Assembly (NCBI GenBank): GCA_046347205.1
Contig: JAXMGN010000001.1
Coordinates: forward strand, 256,902-320,901
Source of the DNA: Pseudomonadales bacterium
GTDB lineage: Bacteria; Pseudomonadota; Gammaproteobacteria; Pseudomonadales; UBA7239
Length of the DNA stretch: 64,000 bases
Reading direction: 5' to 3'
The position numbers were made by a program, and so were the translations under genes. This document shows positions 10,699-20,286 of the stretch, in pieces (positions within the stretch are counted from its first letter, which is position 1; each line of letters opens with the position of its first letter). The notes beneath the pieces are model-generated. The model was not told the origin of the DNA. It worked only from the letters and a program-made list of their open reading frames with translations, and did not search any database.

Positions 10699-10941
10699 AT
10701 GGTAACTATTCGTCTGTCACGCAGTGGCGCTAAAAAACGCCCTTTTTATCACCTGACAGTAACCGATTCACGCAATGCGCGTGATGGCAGCTTCATCGAG
10801 CACGTTGGTTTTTTTAACCCCGTTGCTAAAGGTCAAGAAGAGCGCGTGCGCGTCGATCAAGAGCGCGTTGCTTATTGGGTGAGCAAAGGTGCGCAACTGT
10901 CTGAGCGCGTTGCCAGCCTGCTGAAACAAAAAGCGGCCTAA
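10699..10941 (+). CDS. rpsP: 30S ribosomal protein S16
   Basis: 80 aa, [17 protein letters not shown]. Confidence 0.97.
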   Translation: MVTIRLSRSGAKKRPFYHLTVTDSRNARDGSFIEHVGFFNPVAKGQEERVRVDQERVAYWVSKGAQLSERVASLLKQKAA

Positions 10942-10990
10942 TTTTCTGCAACAACAAACCATTGTAGGCAGAGTAACTTCTGCCTACGGC

Positions 10991-11482
10991 GTGAAAGGTT
11001 GGGTGAAGATTCACTCCTATACCGATCCCGCTGAAAAAATTTTCCAGTTTGATCGCTGGTCGCTGGAAAGCAATGCAACATCGCGAGCCGCCACTGAAAT
11101 TACTGTTGCTGAACATCGGCAACACGGCAAAGGGTTTGTTGCACGCATCAAAGGTATAGACAATCGCACGGCTGCAGAAACCATTTGCCAGCGTGTGATT
11201 TCAGTAGATGCAGACGCTCTGCCCGAATTACCGGCAGGCGAGTACTACTGGCAACAACTGATTGGCTTGCATGTTGTTAGCAGCCATGAAAGCGCACAAG
11301 AAATACTGCTGGGGAAAATTTCCAGCATGCTAGAAACAGGAGCGAATGACGTTATGGTTGTTTCTCCTTGTGATGGCAGCATAGATCAGCGTGAACGTTT
11401 GCTGCCCTATGTCGATATATATGTTTTGAAAGTGGATCTCGATAACAACCAGATGCTGGTTGATTGGGATCCAGATTTTTAA
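10991..11482 (+). CDS. rimM: ribosome maturation factor RimM (start uncertain)
   Basis: C-terminal [24 protein letters not shown] are RimM signatures. The first canonical start is GTG 10991, but the conserved [14 protein letters not shown] motif begins upstream at 10961 with no ATG/GTG/TTG available (see finding). Confidence 0.85.
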   Translation: MKGWVKIHSYTDPAEKIFQFDRWSLESNATSRAATEITVAEHRQHGKGFVARIKGIDNRTAAETICQRVISVDADALPELPAGEYYWQQLIGLHVVSSHESAQEILLGKISSMLETGANDVMVVSPCDGSIDQRERLLPYVDIYVLKVDLDNNQMLVDWDPDF

Positions 11483-11496
11483 GAGAGGTTTTACCC

Positions 11497-12228
11497 GTGA
11501 AACTGGGTGTGGTGACGTTGTTTCCAGACATGTTCACCGCGATCACCGGCTACGGCATCAGTGGTAGAGCATTTGATAAACAATTGCTCTCGCTGGAATG
11601 CTGGAACCCGCGCAGTTTTACAACCGATGTACACCAAACGGTGGACAGCCGACCTTACGGCGGCGGCCCCGGCATGGTGATGATGGCCGAGCCATTGCGA
11701 GATGCGCTGCACGCTGCGCGCACTGCACTGCCAAAAGCCAAAGTGATTTACCTGTCACCGCAAGGCAGGCGATTGGATCAGCAGGCTGTAGAAAATTTTG
11801 CAGCACATGAAGAGCTGATTCTGCTCTGCGGTCGATATGAAGGGGTTGATGAGCGCCTGCTGGCGTTAGCAGTCGATGAAGAATGGTCTATCGGCGACTA
11901 CGTTTTATCCGGCGGCGAATTACCTGCCATGGTGCTCATCGATGCCATAACAAGAGTTTTGCCTGATGCGCTCGGTCACGCCGAATCCGCCAAGCAAGAT
12001 TCTTTCAGTTCGGGTTTGCTGGATTTTCCCCAGTACGCACGACCTGAAGTGTTTGAAGGAGTACCGGTACCGCGCGTTTTATTGAGCGGTCACCACGAAC
12101 AGATACGCCGCTGGCGTTTGCAGCAAGCGCTGCAACGCACGCAAGAAAGAAGGCCGGAATTGATACAAAATTGGCAGTTGAGCAAAGAAGAAATCGCTTT
12201 ACTGAACGCACCGATCAACAACGATTAA
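11497..12228 (+). CDS. trmD: tRNA (guanine37-N1)-methyltransferase
   Basis: [13 protein letters not shown]...YGGGPGMVM...[15 protein letters not shown] 11497 is preceded by aagagagg; the ORF-track TTG 11464 lies inside rimM. Confidence 0.93.
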   Translation: MKLGVVTLFPDMFTAITGYGISGRAFDKQLLSLECWNPRSFTTDVHQTVDSRPYGGGPGMVMMAEPLRDALHAARTALPKAKVIYLSPQGRRLDQQAVENFAAHEELILLCGRYEGVDERLLALAVDEEWSIGDYVLSGGELPAMVLIDAITRVLPDALGHAESAKQDSFSSGLLDFPQYARPEVFEGVPVPRVLLSGHHEQIRRWRLQQALQRTQERRPELIQNWQLSKEEIALLNAPINND

Positions 12229-12267
12229 TTTTTTTACCACTGAAGATTTTTGCACTAGGAGAAGAAC

Positions 12268-12621
12268 ATGAGCAACAGCACCATCATCGCGCAAATTGAA
12301 GCTGAACAAGCGACCCGCGAACTGCCCGCTTTTGCACAAGGCGACACCGTGATCGTCAATGTAAAAGTCAAAGAAGGTAACCGCGAGCGCGTACAGGCGT
12401 TTGAAGGTGTCGTGATTGCCAAGCGCAACCGCGGCCTGCACTCTGCGTTCACCGTGCGCAAAATTTCTCACGGCGTGGGCGTAGAAAGAACATTTCAATC
12501 ACACAGCCCACTGATTGCCAGCGTAGAGCTGAAACGTCGCGGCGCTGTGCGCCAAGCGAAGCTGTACTACTTGCGCGATTTGAGCGGCAAGGCAGCGCGC
12601 ATCAAAGAAAAACTGAACTGA
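12268..12621 (+). CDS. rplS: 50S ribosomal protein L19
   Basis: 117 aa; last gene of the rpsP-rimM-trmD-rplS operon. Confidence 0.97.
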   Translation: MSNSTIIAQIEAEQATRELPAFAQGDTVIVNVKVKEGNRERVQAFEGVVIAKRNRGLHSAFTVRKISHGVGVERTFQSHSPLIASVELKRRGAVRQAKLYYLRDLSGKAARIKEKLN

Positions 12622-12643
12622 GTTATCACTGGGTTCTGTATAT

Positions 12644-12675
12644 AAAGGCGACTTCGGTCGCCTTTATTATTTCTT
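12644..12675 (+). terminator. rho-independent terminator after rplS
   Basis: AAAGGCGAC-ttcg-GTCGCCTTT followed by attatttctt. Confidence 0.8.
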
Positions 12676-13584
12676 GTGATGAATACGCCAGCCGCTGCAC
12701 AACATCCCGCCATTCAGACCTATCTCGACGGCGTATGGCTGGAGAAAGGTCTGAGCAAACACACGCTATCTGCCTATCGCAGTGATCTCTCTTTGTTTGC
12801 CACTTGGCTAACGTCGTCACACACCTTGCTTGCAAACGCCTCTCCTGCTGATATTCAAGCCTATCTCGCGCATTTATTAGCCACCGGTGCCACTGCGCGA
12901 TCTGCTGCGCGCTTTCTCTCCTGCATACGCGGTTTTTACCGTTTTTTGCTGCGCGAAAAATTGATCGATAAAGACCCAACGCTCGATATCCAAAGCCCCA
13001 AACTTGGTCGCCCACTGCCTAAGTTCATCACGGAAACGGAAGTGGAAGCCTTGCTGAACGCACCGGACATCACAGACCCAATCGGTCTGCGCGACAAAGC
13101 CATGCTAGAAATTCTGTACGCCTGCGGTCTGCGCGTTTCAGAGCTAACGGGGTTGACGGTGGGCTCAATCAACTTGCGGCAGGGCGTGGTGCGCGTCACA
13201 GGCAAAGGCAACAAAGAGCGTTTGGTGCCGATTGGCGAAGAGGCTACACACTGGCTAGAACGCTATATGCGCGAAGCAAGGCCGATACTGCTCGACAATC
13301 AACCGCTAGAGATTCTGTTCCCTAGTAACCGTGCGCAGGCCATGACGCGCCAGACCTTTTGGCACCGCATCAAACTGCACGCACTGAAAGCAGATATTCA
13401 CACGGCGCTGTCTCCTCACACGCTGCGCCACGCGTTTGCCACGCACCTACTCAACCACGGCGCAGATTTGCGCGTGGTACAACTTTTGCTCGGACACAGT
13501 GACTTGTCCACCACGCAAATCTATACTCACATCGCAAGGGCGCGCATGCAGGACTTGCACGCGCAGCACCATCCTCGCGGCTGA
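12676..13584 (+). CDS. xerD: site-specific tyrosine recombinase XerD
   Basis: 302 aa. C-terminal HTLRHAFATHLL..GADLRVVQLLLGHSDLSTTQIYTH catalytic signature; followed by dsbC as in other gammaproteobacteria. Confidence 0.9.
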   Translation: MMNTPAAAQHPAIQTYLDGVWLEKGLSKHTLSAYRSDLSLFATWLTSSHTLLANASPADIQAYLAHLLATGATARSAARFLSCIRGFYRFLLREKLIDKDPTLDIQSPKLGRPLPKFITETEVEALLNAPDITDPIGLRDKAMLEILYACGLRVSELTGLTVGSINLRQGVVRVTGKGNKERLVPIGEEATHWLERYMREARPILLDNQPLEILFPSNRAQAMTRQTFWHRIKLHALKADIHTALSPHTLRHAFATHLLNHGADLRVVQLLLGHSDLSTTQIYTHIARARMQDLHAQHHPRG

Positions 13585-13606
13585 ATAAACCCCACCAAGG
13601 TGACAC

Positions 13607-14365
13607 ATGAAAAAACTACTGGCATTTCTATTCGTTTCTACCGCGCTGACCACCAGCGCATACGCAGGCGCACCTGTTTCGCTTGAGCAGAGCAATATTT
13701 TGAAAGCTGCCGTACAAAAAGCGCGCCCCGGTTTGTCGGTTGGCGAAATTCGCAGCTCGACTGTACCCGGATTGTTTGAAGTCGATCTCGGCGGCAAAGA
13801 CACGGTGTATATGTCGGCCGATGGAAAATATTTAATTACCGGCACGATGTACCGTGTAGAAAACAAGCGTTTTGTGAATATCGCCGATGAACGCATGCAG
13901 CCTATGCGCGTACAAAAACTGGCTGCTGTGAAAAAAGAAGACATGGTCGTTTTTTCACCGCAAGGCAAACCAAAATCCTATATCACGGTTTTCACCGATG
14001 TCGATTGTGGCTTCTGTAGAAAGCTGCACAAGGAAGTTCCTCAATTGAACGCCATGGGTATTGAGGTGCGCTACCTCGCCTATCCACGCGCCGGTATTCC
14101 TTCACCTTCTGCCGACAAGTTGATTACCGTATGGTGTTCTAAAAATCGCCAAGAAGCGCTGACGCAAATGAAAAACGGCGCGACACTTCCTGCGCAAACG
14201 TGCACCAATCCCGTGGCAGATGAATTCAAACTGGGCAATGAACTGGGCATCAGCGGCACACCCGCACTGTTCACACCCAACGGCGAGTTACTGCCCGGTT
14301 ATATGCCTGCCGAAGAATTGGCGGCCACATTGGGCGTTGCACCCAATACTGCACAGAAAAACTGA
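13607..14365 (+). CDS. dsbC: thiol:disulfide interchange protein DsbC
   Basis: 252 aa with a signal peptide and the FTDVDCGFCRKLH thioredoxin-fold CxxC motif. Confidence 0.88.
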   Translation: MKKLLAFLFVSTALTTSAYAGAPVSLEQSNILKAAVQKARPGLSVGEIRSSTVPGLFEVDLGGKDTVYMSADGKYLITGTMYRVENKRFVNIADERMQPMRVQKLAAVKKEDMVVFSPQGKPKSYITVFTDVDCGFCRKLHKEVPQLNAMGIEVRYLAYPRAGIPSPSADKLITVWCSKNRQEALTQMKNGATLPAQTCTNPVADEFKLGNELGISGTPALFTPNGELLPGYMPAEELAATLGVAPNTAQKN

Positions 14366-14394
14366 TTCGCCAAAAATAGCCACTCAGCAAACTC

Positions 14395-15447
14395 ATGGCG
14401 AGCACCTTTCATTTTGCGAAAGCCGTGCTCGCTTGGTTTGATCGCGCAGGACGCAAGCATCTCCCTTGGCAGCACAACATTACGCCTTATCGGGTATGGC
14501 TGTCGGAGATCATGCTGCAACAAACGCAAGTCAACACTGTTGTTCCCTATTTTGAAAAGTTTGTTACGCGTTTTCCCAATGTTGATGCGCTCGCCGCAGC
14601 CAAACAAGACGACGTACTAGCGCTGTGGACCGGCTTGGGCTACTACTCGCGCGCACGCAATCTGCATCGCACTGCACAAATTATTTGCAAGCAGCACAAC
14701 AGTATTTTTCCAGACACGGTTGAAGTGCTCAGTCAATTACCCGGCATTGGTCGCTCCACCGCCGGCGCTATTGTCTCGATCGCTTACAAAAAACACGCAG
14801 CTATTCTCGACGGTAACGTCAAACGCGTCTTGGCACGTTTTTACGCGATTAGCGGATGGAGTGGTGCTTCCGCCACGCAAAAATCACTCTGGCACCACGC
14901 AGAAAAACTCACGCCAAAAACACGCACAGGCGATTACACACAGGCGATGATGGATCTCGGTGCAACCGTCTGCACGCGTAGCAAACCACGCTGCACACAA
15001 TGCCCATTACAGACTCACTGCGTTGCCTATCGCGACAACAGCGTCACACAGTATCCAGAAAAAAAACCCCAAAAAGCATTGCCGACAAGAACAGTTAATA
15101 TGCTGATGATTCGCAATTGTGCTGGCGAAGTTTTATTACAGCAACGCGCCCCCACCGGTTTGTGGGGCAGCTTGTGGTGCCTACCAGAAATATCATCAGA
15201 AAAAGATATCGGTGATAGCTGTAAAGATTTGTGTGAACAACAACCACAAAAAATAGAAATATGGCCGAGTTGGAAACACAGTTTTAGTCATTTCCATCTC
15301 GATATCACACCTGTTTTGATCGACGTAAACACTCGCGCACCAAAAATTACCGAGCCCAATCAGCAATGGATCGCGCCCAAGCAAGCCTCTGCATTGGGCA
15401 TGCCCGCTCCCGCCGTCAAACTGCTCGCACAATTGGCTGCATGCTAA
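14395..15447 (+). CDS. mutY: A/G-specific adenine DNA glycosylase
   Basis: 350 aa. WQHNITPYRVWLSEIMLQQTQV, the HhH-GPD region, a 4Fe-4S Cys cluster (C-x6-C-x2-C-x5-C) and a C-terminal Nudix-like domain. Confidence 0.93.
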   Translation: MASTFHFAKAVLAWFDRAGRKHLPWQHNITPYRVWLSEIMLQQTQVNTVVPYFEKFVTRFPNVDALAAAKQDDVLALWTGLGYYSRARNLHRTAQIICKQHNSIFPDTVEVLSQLPGIGRSTAGAIVSIAYKKHAAILDGNVKRVLARFYAISGWSGASATQKSLWHHAEKLTPKTRTGDYTQAMMDLGATVCTRSKPRCTQCPLQTHCVAYRDNSVTQYPEKKPQKALPTRTVNMLMIRNCAGEVLLQQRAPTGLWGSLWCLPEISSEKDIGDSCKDLCEQQPQKIEIWPSWKHSFSHFHLDITPVLIDVNTRAPKITEPNQQWIAPKQASALGMPAPAVKLLAQLAAC

Positions 15448-15479
15448 AATTCAACATCCACCCGTAAGGAATTACCGCC

Positions 15480-15752
15480 GTGTCACGCACTGTTTTCTGT
15501 CGCAAATACCAACAAGAAATGGAAGGTTTGGATAAACCACCCTTCCCCGGCGCTAAAGGGCAAGAGCTGTTTGCTTCCGTCTCCAAGCAGGCGTGGCAGG
15601 AATGGATTGCGCACCAAACGATGCTGATCAACGAAAAAAAATTGAACATGATGGATATGACAGCGCGCTCGTATCTTGCCGAGCAACGCGATTTATTTCT
15701 CAGCGGCGACGCCTTCGATAAGGCGGACGGTTATGTGCCGCCCAACGCGTAA
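15480..15752 (+). CDS. yggX: Fe(2+)-trafficking protein YggX
   Basis: 90 aa, [24 protein letters not shown]; conserved mutY-yggX pairing. Confidence 0.9.
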   Translation: MSRTVFCRKYQQEMEGLDKPPFPGAKGQELFASVSKQAWQEWIAHQTMLINEKKLNMMDMTARSYLAEQRDLFLSGDAFDKADGYVPPNA

Positions 15753-15758
15753 GTTTGC

Positions 15759-15787
15759 TTGACCTCCCTGCGCGCAGCGGGTCTAAT
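15759..15787 (+). promoter_or_regulatory. predicted promoter of tRNA-Phe
   Basis: TTGACC-17 nt-TCTAAT followed by acGCGCCTCC, an rrn-P1-like stringent discriminator. The tRNA 5' end is 15 nt downstream of the -10. Confidence 0.5.
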
Positions 15788-15802
15788 ACGCGCCTCCCAA
15801 AT

Positions 15803-15878
15803 GGCCAGATAGCTCAGTCGGTAGAGCAAGGGACTGAAAATCCCTGTGTCGACAGTTCGATTCTGTCTCTGGCCACCA
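15803..15878 (+). tRNA. tRNA-Phe (anticodon GAA), CCA encoded
   Basis: Hand-folded 76-nt cloverleaf: acceptor GGCCAGA/TCTGGCC, D arm GCTC/GAGC, anticodon arm AGGGA-CTGAAAA-TCCCT, T arm GACAG-TTCGATT-CTGTC, then discriminator A and CCA. Confidence 0.95.
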
Positions 15879-15882
15879 TCTT

Positions 15883-15917
15883 CCAACGCCCAGCCTCTCG
15901 GTTGGGCGTTTTTGTTT
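15883..15917 (+). terminator. rho-independent terminator after tRNA-Phe
   Basis: CCAACGCCCA-gcctctcggt-TGGGCGTT followed by tttgttt; abuts the 3' end of the convergent rcnA. Confidence 0.7.
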
Positions 15918-16741
15918 CAGACCACCCCCAAACCGTGCAAACCGCTGTACCCCATGTAGGTGCCCACCACCAAAATCAGCGCACCAGAAAAATACGGCGC
16001 TTGGCGTGCGAGATCGCCGAAACCATCCCAACGCTTTGCAACATGCTTAATACTCAAAGCTGCCATCACGCCCGAAGCCACTATCGTCAGCGCCAAGCCC
16101 ACACTAAAACACAGCACCAATACCGCACCCAAAGCGATTTGTTTTAAGTGCAGACACAGCAGCAACACCGTGATCGACGCGGGGCAAGGGATCAAACCGC
16201 CGGTTAATCCAAACATCACAATCTGCCCTGTAGTGACTTCGCGATTGGTGAAGCGGCGGCGAATGTCTTCTGCATGCATGCGCTCGTGTGGGTCTTGGCA
16301 ATCTTTGGTCAGCGCATCCAGTGCGGCATTGGTGTCGGATGAATGATCGTGATCGTGAGAATGGTCATGCTGATGGCAGGATGCGCCCTGCTGTGCCAGC
16401 TTTTGGTATTTGCGTGTGCGCCACACCATCCATGCACCCATGCCGATAACCAGCACCGCCGACACCAACTGAATGTAAGGCTCCGTTGTTTCAGCATTCC
16501 AGTTGCGACCGAAATACATCCCCGCCATGGCAATCACCCACACCACCGCCGTGTGCGACAGCGTGGCCGACAACCCCAGCAGCACCGCCTGCCCCACCGT
16601 GCCGCGCACCGCCACAATGAACGCCGCCATCATGGTTTTGGAATGCCCAGGCTCCAAGCCGTGCAGAGCGCCCAATAAAATCGCGCTGGGCACAAACAGC
16701 CAAGCGTTGCCCTGTTGCAGCAGTGCGGTAAATTCAGTCAT
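15917..16741 (-). CDS. rcnA: nickel/cobalt efflux transporter RcnA (NicO family)
   Basis: 274 aa with HGLEPGHSKT, a cytoplasmic His/Asp-rich loop (HQHDHSHDHDHSSD) and about 6 TM segments. Confidence 0.8.
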   Translation of the reverse strand: MTEFTALLQQGNAWLFVPSAILLGALHGLEPGHSKTMMAAFIVAVRGTVGQAVLLGLSATLSHTAVVWVIAMAGMYFGRNWNAETTEPYIQLVSAVLVIGMGAWMVWRTRKYQKLAQQGASCHQHDHSHDHDHSSDTNAALDALTKDCQDPHERMHAEDIRRRFTNREVTTGQIVMFGLTGGLIPCPASITVLLLCLHLKQIALGAVLVLCFSVGLALTIVASGVMAALSIKHVAKRWDGFGDLARQAPYFSGALILVVGTYMGYSGLHGLGVV

Positions 16742-16765
16742 AACAAACTCCCAAAATAATCGTGT

Positions 16766-17035
16766 TTATAGATATTTAGTGATGGCCTTGAACTCGCGGA
16801 TGGTGTCCTCCGCGCTCTGCGTGCGGTCGCGCACGGCTTGCTCTAGGCAGTGGTCGATGTGGTCATGCACCAGCACTTTTTTGGCGTTGCCGATGGCGCT
16901 CTCCACCGCCTGCAACTGCTGCGCGATGTCCAAGCAGTGACGGTCTTCCTCCAGCATCACGATGATGCTGTTGAGATGCCCTGCAGCGCGTTTCAGCCGC
17001 TTGATGACATCGGGATGCTCAGTGTGTGCGCTCAT
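16766..17035 (-). CDS. rcnR: metal-sensing transcriptional repressor, CsoR/RcnR/FrmR (DUF156) family
   Basis: 89 aa. RLKRAAGHLNSI..DRHCLDIAQQLQAV..HDHIDHC pattern; directly upstream of rcnA on the same strand. Confidence 0.7.
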   Translation of the reverse strand: MSAHTEHPDVIKRLKRAAGHLNSIIVMLEEDRHCLDIAQQLQAVESAIGNAKKVLVHDHIDHCLEQAVRDRTQSAEDTIREFKAITKYL

Positions 17036-17052
17036 GGTTTTGACCTCATCAA

Positions 17053-17070
17053 CCTATCCTAGGGGATAGG
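17053..17070. promoter_or_regulatory. candidate RcnR-type operator (inverted repeat around a G-tract)
   Basis: CCTATCC-tagg-GGATAGG has perfect 7-bp arms and starts 18 nt upstream of the rcnR ATG. An extra ATAGG copy lies at 17073-17077. Confidence 0.45.
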
Positions 17071-17209
17071 ATATAGGCACGCACGCAAAATTAACACCTC
17101 CCAACTAAAAAAACTTGCTGCCACTATCTAAATCAAATCACCAACTACTTATTTCGACTACGATTTAGCGCTACACATTCTCGTCATCGCTTATCTACCG
17201 GAAGGTGCT

Positions 17210-18400
17210 ATGCAAGTCATCGATAAACGCAAAGCTATGGCCATTCCACCCATTTTTCGTTTGGGTTTTCGACCGTTTTTTCTACTCGGTGCGCTGCTGG
17301 CGTTAATTGCCGTACCGCTGTGGGTAGGTGCGTTGCTTGGCAGTTGGCCGTTGCCTACACCTCTTGGTGGCTGGTTGGCGTGGCATCGCCACGAAATGGT
17401 GTTTGGCTTTGCCGGCGCGGTGATTGCCGGTTTTTTATTAACGGCTGTACAAACATGGACAGGGCAGCCGAGTTTATCGGGCAAGCCGCTCGCAGTATTG
17501 GCGGTGTTGTGGCTGCTTGCGCGCGGCAGTTGGTGGCAACCTTTTCCGATAATTTTGTTGTTACTAAATGTCATTTTTTTATTAGCAGTCACCGTTGCGA
17601 TGGCGCGCTTGTTGTGGGCCGCACGACAAAATCGCAACTATCCAATTGCTGTGGTTTTGCTCTTACTGGCGGCAACCAATGCATTAACGCTGTGTGGCGT
17701 TTTGCAAAATAACGATGCATGGCAACGCCAAGGCAGCTTGGCTGCTGTATGGCTAGTGTTGGCGATGATTACACTGATCGGCGGACGCGTGATTCCCTTT
17801 TTTACTTTTCGTGGCTTGCTGCGCACGGCACAAGTCACCGCATGGCCGTGGTTGGATTGGTCACTGTTGATTGGCGCCGTGTTAGCGGCACTGCTCACTG
17901 CCTGTGGCTTGCTGATGCAGAACACACAAGTGCTTAGCGGAGTGTTATTTTTTTTATTGGGTGCGGGGCATGCTATTCGCTTAGCGCGTTGGTTTGATGC
18001 AGGTTTATTGCGCGTGCCGCTGCTGTGGTCACTGCATATCGCCTATGCGTGGCTAGTCGCCGGCTGCATAGGCTTGGCTTTGTGGTCTTTTGATTTAGGT
18101 GTGCCGGAAGGGCAAGCGCTGCATGCCCTAACCGTTGGTGCCATTGGCGGTTTGATTTTAGCGATGATGGCGCGCGTTTCACTTGGCCATACAGGCAGAC
18201 CACTAGAATTACCGAAAGGTTTTTTTATTGCATTTGTGTTAATAAACATTGCCACGCTATTGCGCACCGTTGGCCCATCCATCAGCTATACAACAGCGAT
18301 GTATTTAGCCGCAGCAGGATGGGGTTTGGCATTTCTGCAATTTGCTGTGGTGTACGGCCCTATGCTGTGCAAAGCGCGCACAGACGGTCATCCTGGCTAA
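17210..18400 (+). CDS. nnrS: NnrS family heme-copper membrane protein
   Basis: 396 aa. N-terminal FRLGFRPFFLLGAL.. and about 12 TM segments are typical of NnrS. Confidence 0.8.
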   Translation: MQVIDKRKAMAIPPIFRLGFRPFFLLGALLALIAVPLWVGALLGSWPLPTPLGGWLAWHRHEMVFGFAGAVIAGFLLTAVQTWTGQPSLSGKPLAVLAVLWLLARGSWWQPFPIILLLLNVIFLLAVTVAMARLLWAARQNRNYPIAVVLLLLAATNALTLCGVLQNNDAWQRQGSLAAVWLVLAMITLIGGRVIPFFTFRGLLRTAQVTAWPWLDWSLLIGAVLAALLTACGLLMQNTQVLSGVLFFLLGAGHAIRLARWFDAGLLRVPLLWSLHIAYAWLVAGCIGLALWSFDLGVPEGQALHALTVGAIGGLILAMMARVSLGHTGRPLELPKGFFIAFVLINIATLLRTVGPSISYTTAMYLAAAGWGLAFLQFAVVYGPMLCKARTDGHPG

Positions 18401-18405
18401 TGATT

Positions 18406-18954
18406 TTATCTGCGACGAAATGGCGCGGGCAGCATGCGCAATAGCGTGTCGTCGCGCATAAAATGATGATGAAAAACTGCCGCTCCGGCATGCACGCCAA
18501 TCAAAAAGTATCCCAATACTGCTATTGTTTCGTGTATTTCTTTGATGTCATGCGCCAACGCCTGATTAACCGCTAATAGCGCCGGCAGTTGTAAACCAAA
18601 AAAAGGAATAGGTTTGCCTGCCGCACTCAAAGTCATCCAACCCAAAATCGGCATTGCCACCAAAAAAATATACAGCGCTATGTGCATCCATTTAGCCAGC
18701 TTTTGCTGCCATGCAGAAGGTGTTGGCGTAATCACCGGCGCAGAAAATTTCCAGCGCGCCACCAAACGAATCACCGTCACACCCAAGACGGACAAACCTA
18801 ACATGAAGTGCCACATTTTCATTACATCGCGCGGCTCACTGCCTTTGGGGTAGATCCCTTTGCATTCCATTAACGCGTAGACAGCAATCAATAAAAATAA
18901 TGTCAGCCAATGCAAAGTGATGCTGAGCGAATGATAGTGGCGAGAATGGTTCAT
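18406..18954 (-). CDS. cybB: cytochrome b561 family protein
   Basis: Collinear with E. coli CybB (SITLHWL..., HETIAVLGYFLIGVHAGAAVFHHHFMRDDTLLRMLP). The start at MNHSRHY (18954) is preferred; the ORF-track extension to 19122 overlaps the MFS gene. Confidence 0.85.
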   Translation of the reverse strand: MNHSRHYHSLSITLHWLTLFLLIAVYALMECKGIYPKGSEPRDVMKMWHFMLGLSVLGVTVIRLVARWKFSAPVITPTPSAWQQKLAKWMHIALYIFLVAMPILGWMTLSAAGKPIPFFGLQLPALLAVNQALAHDIKEIHETIAVLGYFLIGVHAGAAVFHHHFMRDDTLLRMLPAPFRRR

Positions 18955-18967
18955 CAGTTTCCCCTTT

Positions 18968-20167
18968 TTATTTTTGCGAGCGCATATCCGGCAAGAAAAA
19001 AGCAACCACACCCAGAAGAGGCAAGAAGGCACAAACGTGATACACCCACTCAATACTGTAACGATCTGCCAGAGCACCCAACGCGGCGGCTGCAATACCT
19101 GCAATACCAAAAGCCAAGCCAAAGAATAGCCCAGAAATGGTACCCGTTTTTCCTGGCATCAATTCTTGACCATAAACAACAATTGCGGGAAAAGCTGAAG
19201 AAATAATTAAACCAATCAAAAAAACCAGCACTAACGTAGTCATCAAACCAACAAAGGGCAGTGCCAAGGTAAATGGAGCGGCGCCCAAAATCGAACCAAG
19301 AATAATACGATTCCTACCCATACGATCCCCTAACGGCCCACCAATAATGGTGCCAGCAGCAGCACCAAATAAAAAAACGAACAAACTGTACTGCGCGGTT
19401 TGGATATCAAGACCAAAATGGTGGATGAGATAGAAAGTGAAATAGCTGTTAAGACTGGACATATACACAAACTTTGAAAACATCAACACCAACAAAATCG
19501 CTATCGTCATCCGCACTTGTCGCGTGCTTAAGCCAGTCGCTTTGTGCGCAAGACTGGCACGCCCACGCACACTGGTTAAATTCACGGCATACCAGCGACT
19601 GACGCGATACAAAATCAGCATGCCCACCAAGGCTGCCAACGCCACCCAGGCCACACTGGGTTGCCCCATCGGCACGATAAAGGCAGCAGCCAACAGAGGG
19701 CCAATGGCTGTACCCACATTGCCACCCACTTGAAAAATGGATTGTGCCAAACCGTGCTGCCCCGCAGAGGCCATACGCGCCACACGCGAAGATTCTGGAT
19801 GGAATACCGACGAACCCATACCAATTAGCACGGCCGCCACCAGCACGCACGGGTAATTCCACGCCTGCGACAACAGCAGCAAACCGCACAACGTGAACCC
19901 CATGCCAATCGGTAGCGAATAGGGCATAGGGCGTCGATCTGTAAAGCGCCCCACCACGGGCTGCATCAGTGAGGCAGAAAACTGAAAAGCCACTGTGACG
20001 AAACCTACCTGCACAAAGCTGAGATGGAACCTGCCTTGCAATACGGGATACAACGCCAGCAGCACAGATTGCATCATGTCATTGATGAAATGCGTAAAAC
20101 TGATGGCGCCAAGAATGCCAAAAGAAACGCGACTGCTGGTCGATTGCGCGGCAATAGGAGTATTCAT
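18968..20167 (-). CDS. MFS transporter, Fsr (fosmidomycin-resistance)-like
   Basis: About 399 aa and 12 TM segments. FTHFINDMMQSVLLALYPVL..GRFTDRRP resembles the Fsr subfamily. ATG 20167 has AGGA upstream; the ORF track starts at 20185. Confidence 0.75.
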   Translation of the reverse strand: MNTPIAAQSTSSRVSFGILGAISFTHFINDMMQSVLLALYPVLQGRFHLSFVQVGFVTVAFQFSASLMQPVVGRFTDRRPMPYSLPIGMGFTLCGLLLLSQAWNYPCVLVAAVLIGMGSSVFHPESSRVARMASAGQHGLAQSIFQVGGNVGTAIGPLLAAAFIVPMGQPSVAWVALAALVGMLILYRVSRWYAVNLTSVRGRASLAHKATGLSTRQVRMTIAILLVLMFSKFVYMSSLNSYFTFYLIHHFGLDIQTAQYSLFVFLFGAAAGTIIGGPLGDRMGRNRIILGSILGAAPFTLALPFVGLMTTLVLVFLIGLIISSAFPAIVVYGQELMPGKTGTISGLFFGLAFGIAGIAAAALGALADRYSIEWVYHVCAFLPLLGVVAFFLPDMRSQK

Positions 20168-20286
20168 GGAGAGTCCTGCAAACAAAGGAAAACAGCGAAA
20201 GCTGTGCTGGAATGATTATAGGCTCGTAGCACCCAATGTTGTCAGGTCTACCCCTTCGTTATAGGATTGCGCCCTGTTTGGACGAT

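Noticed and set aside
16309-16385. Repetitive gatcgtga / catgatc DNA in rcnA, considered as a tandem repeat.
   Set aside because: It simply encodes the His/Asp-rich cytoplasmic loop (HQHDHSHDHDHSSD) characteristic of RcnA-type exporters.
17128-17168. Inverted repeat CTAAATC ... GATTTAG upstream of nnrS, considered as an NsrR/FNR-type site.
   Set aside because: The arms are only 7 bp and are separated by 27 nt. There is no match to TTGAT-N4-ATCAA or to the NsrR consensus. It is compatible with chance in AT-rich intergenic DNA.
18955-19122. A 56-codon N-terminal extension of the cytochrome b561 ORF.
   Set aside because: It overlaps the 3' end of the MFS gene. The alignment to CybB begins at MNHSRHY (18954).
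15803-20185. Possible genomic island integrated at tRNA-Phe (rcnRA, nnrS, cybB, fsr-like MFS).
   Set aside because: There is no integrase, transposase or phage gene. I found no direct repeat of the tRNA 3' end downstream, and composition shows no obvious shift by eye. It looks like ordinary stress and metal-homeostasis genes. A genome-wide composition and comparative analysis would be needed to revisit this.
20220-20240. ARG-box-like sequence (TGGAATGATTATAGG) upstream of argD.
   Set aside because: It is only a partial resemblance to the TGAAT-N4-ATTCA type consensus and has no tandem second box.
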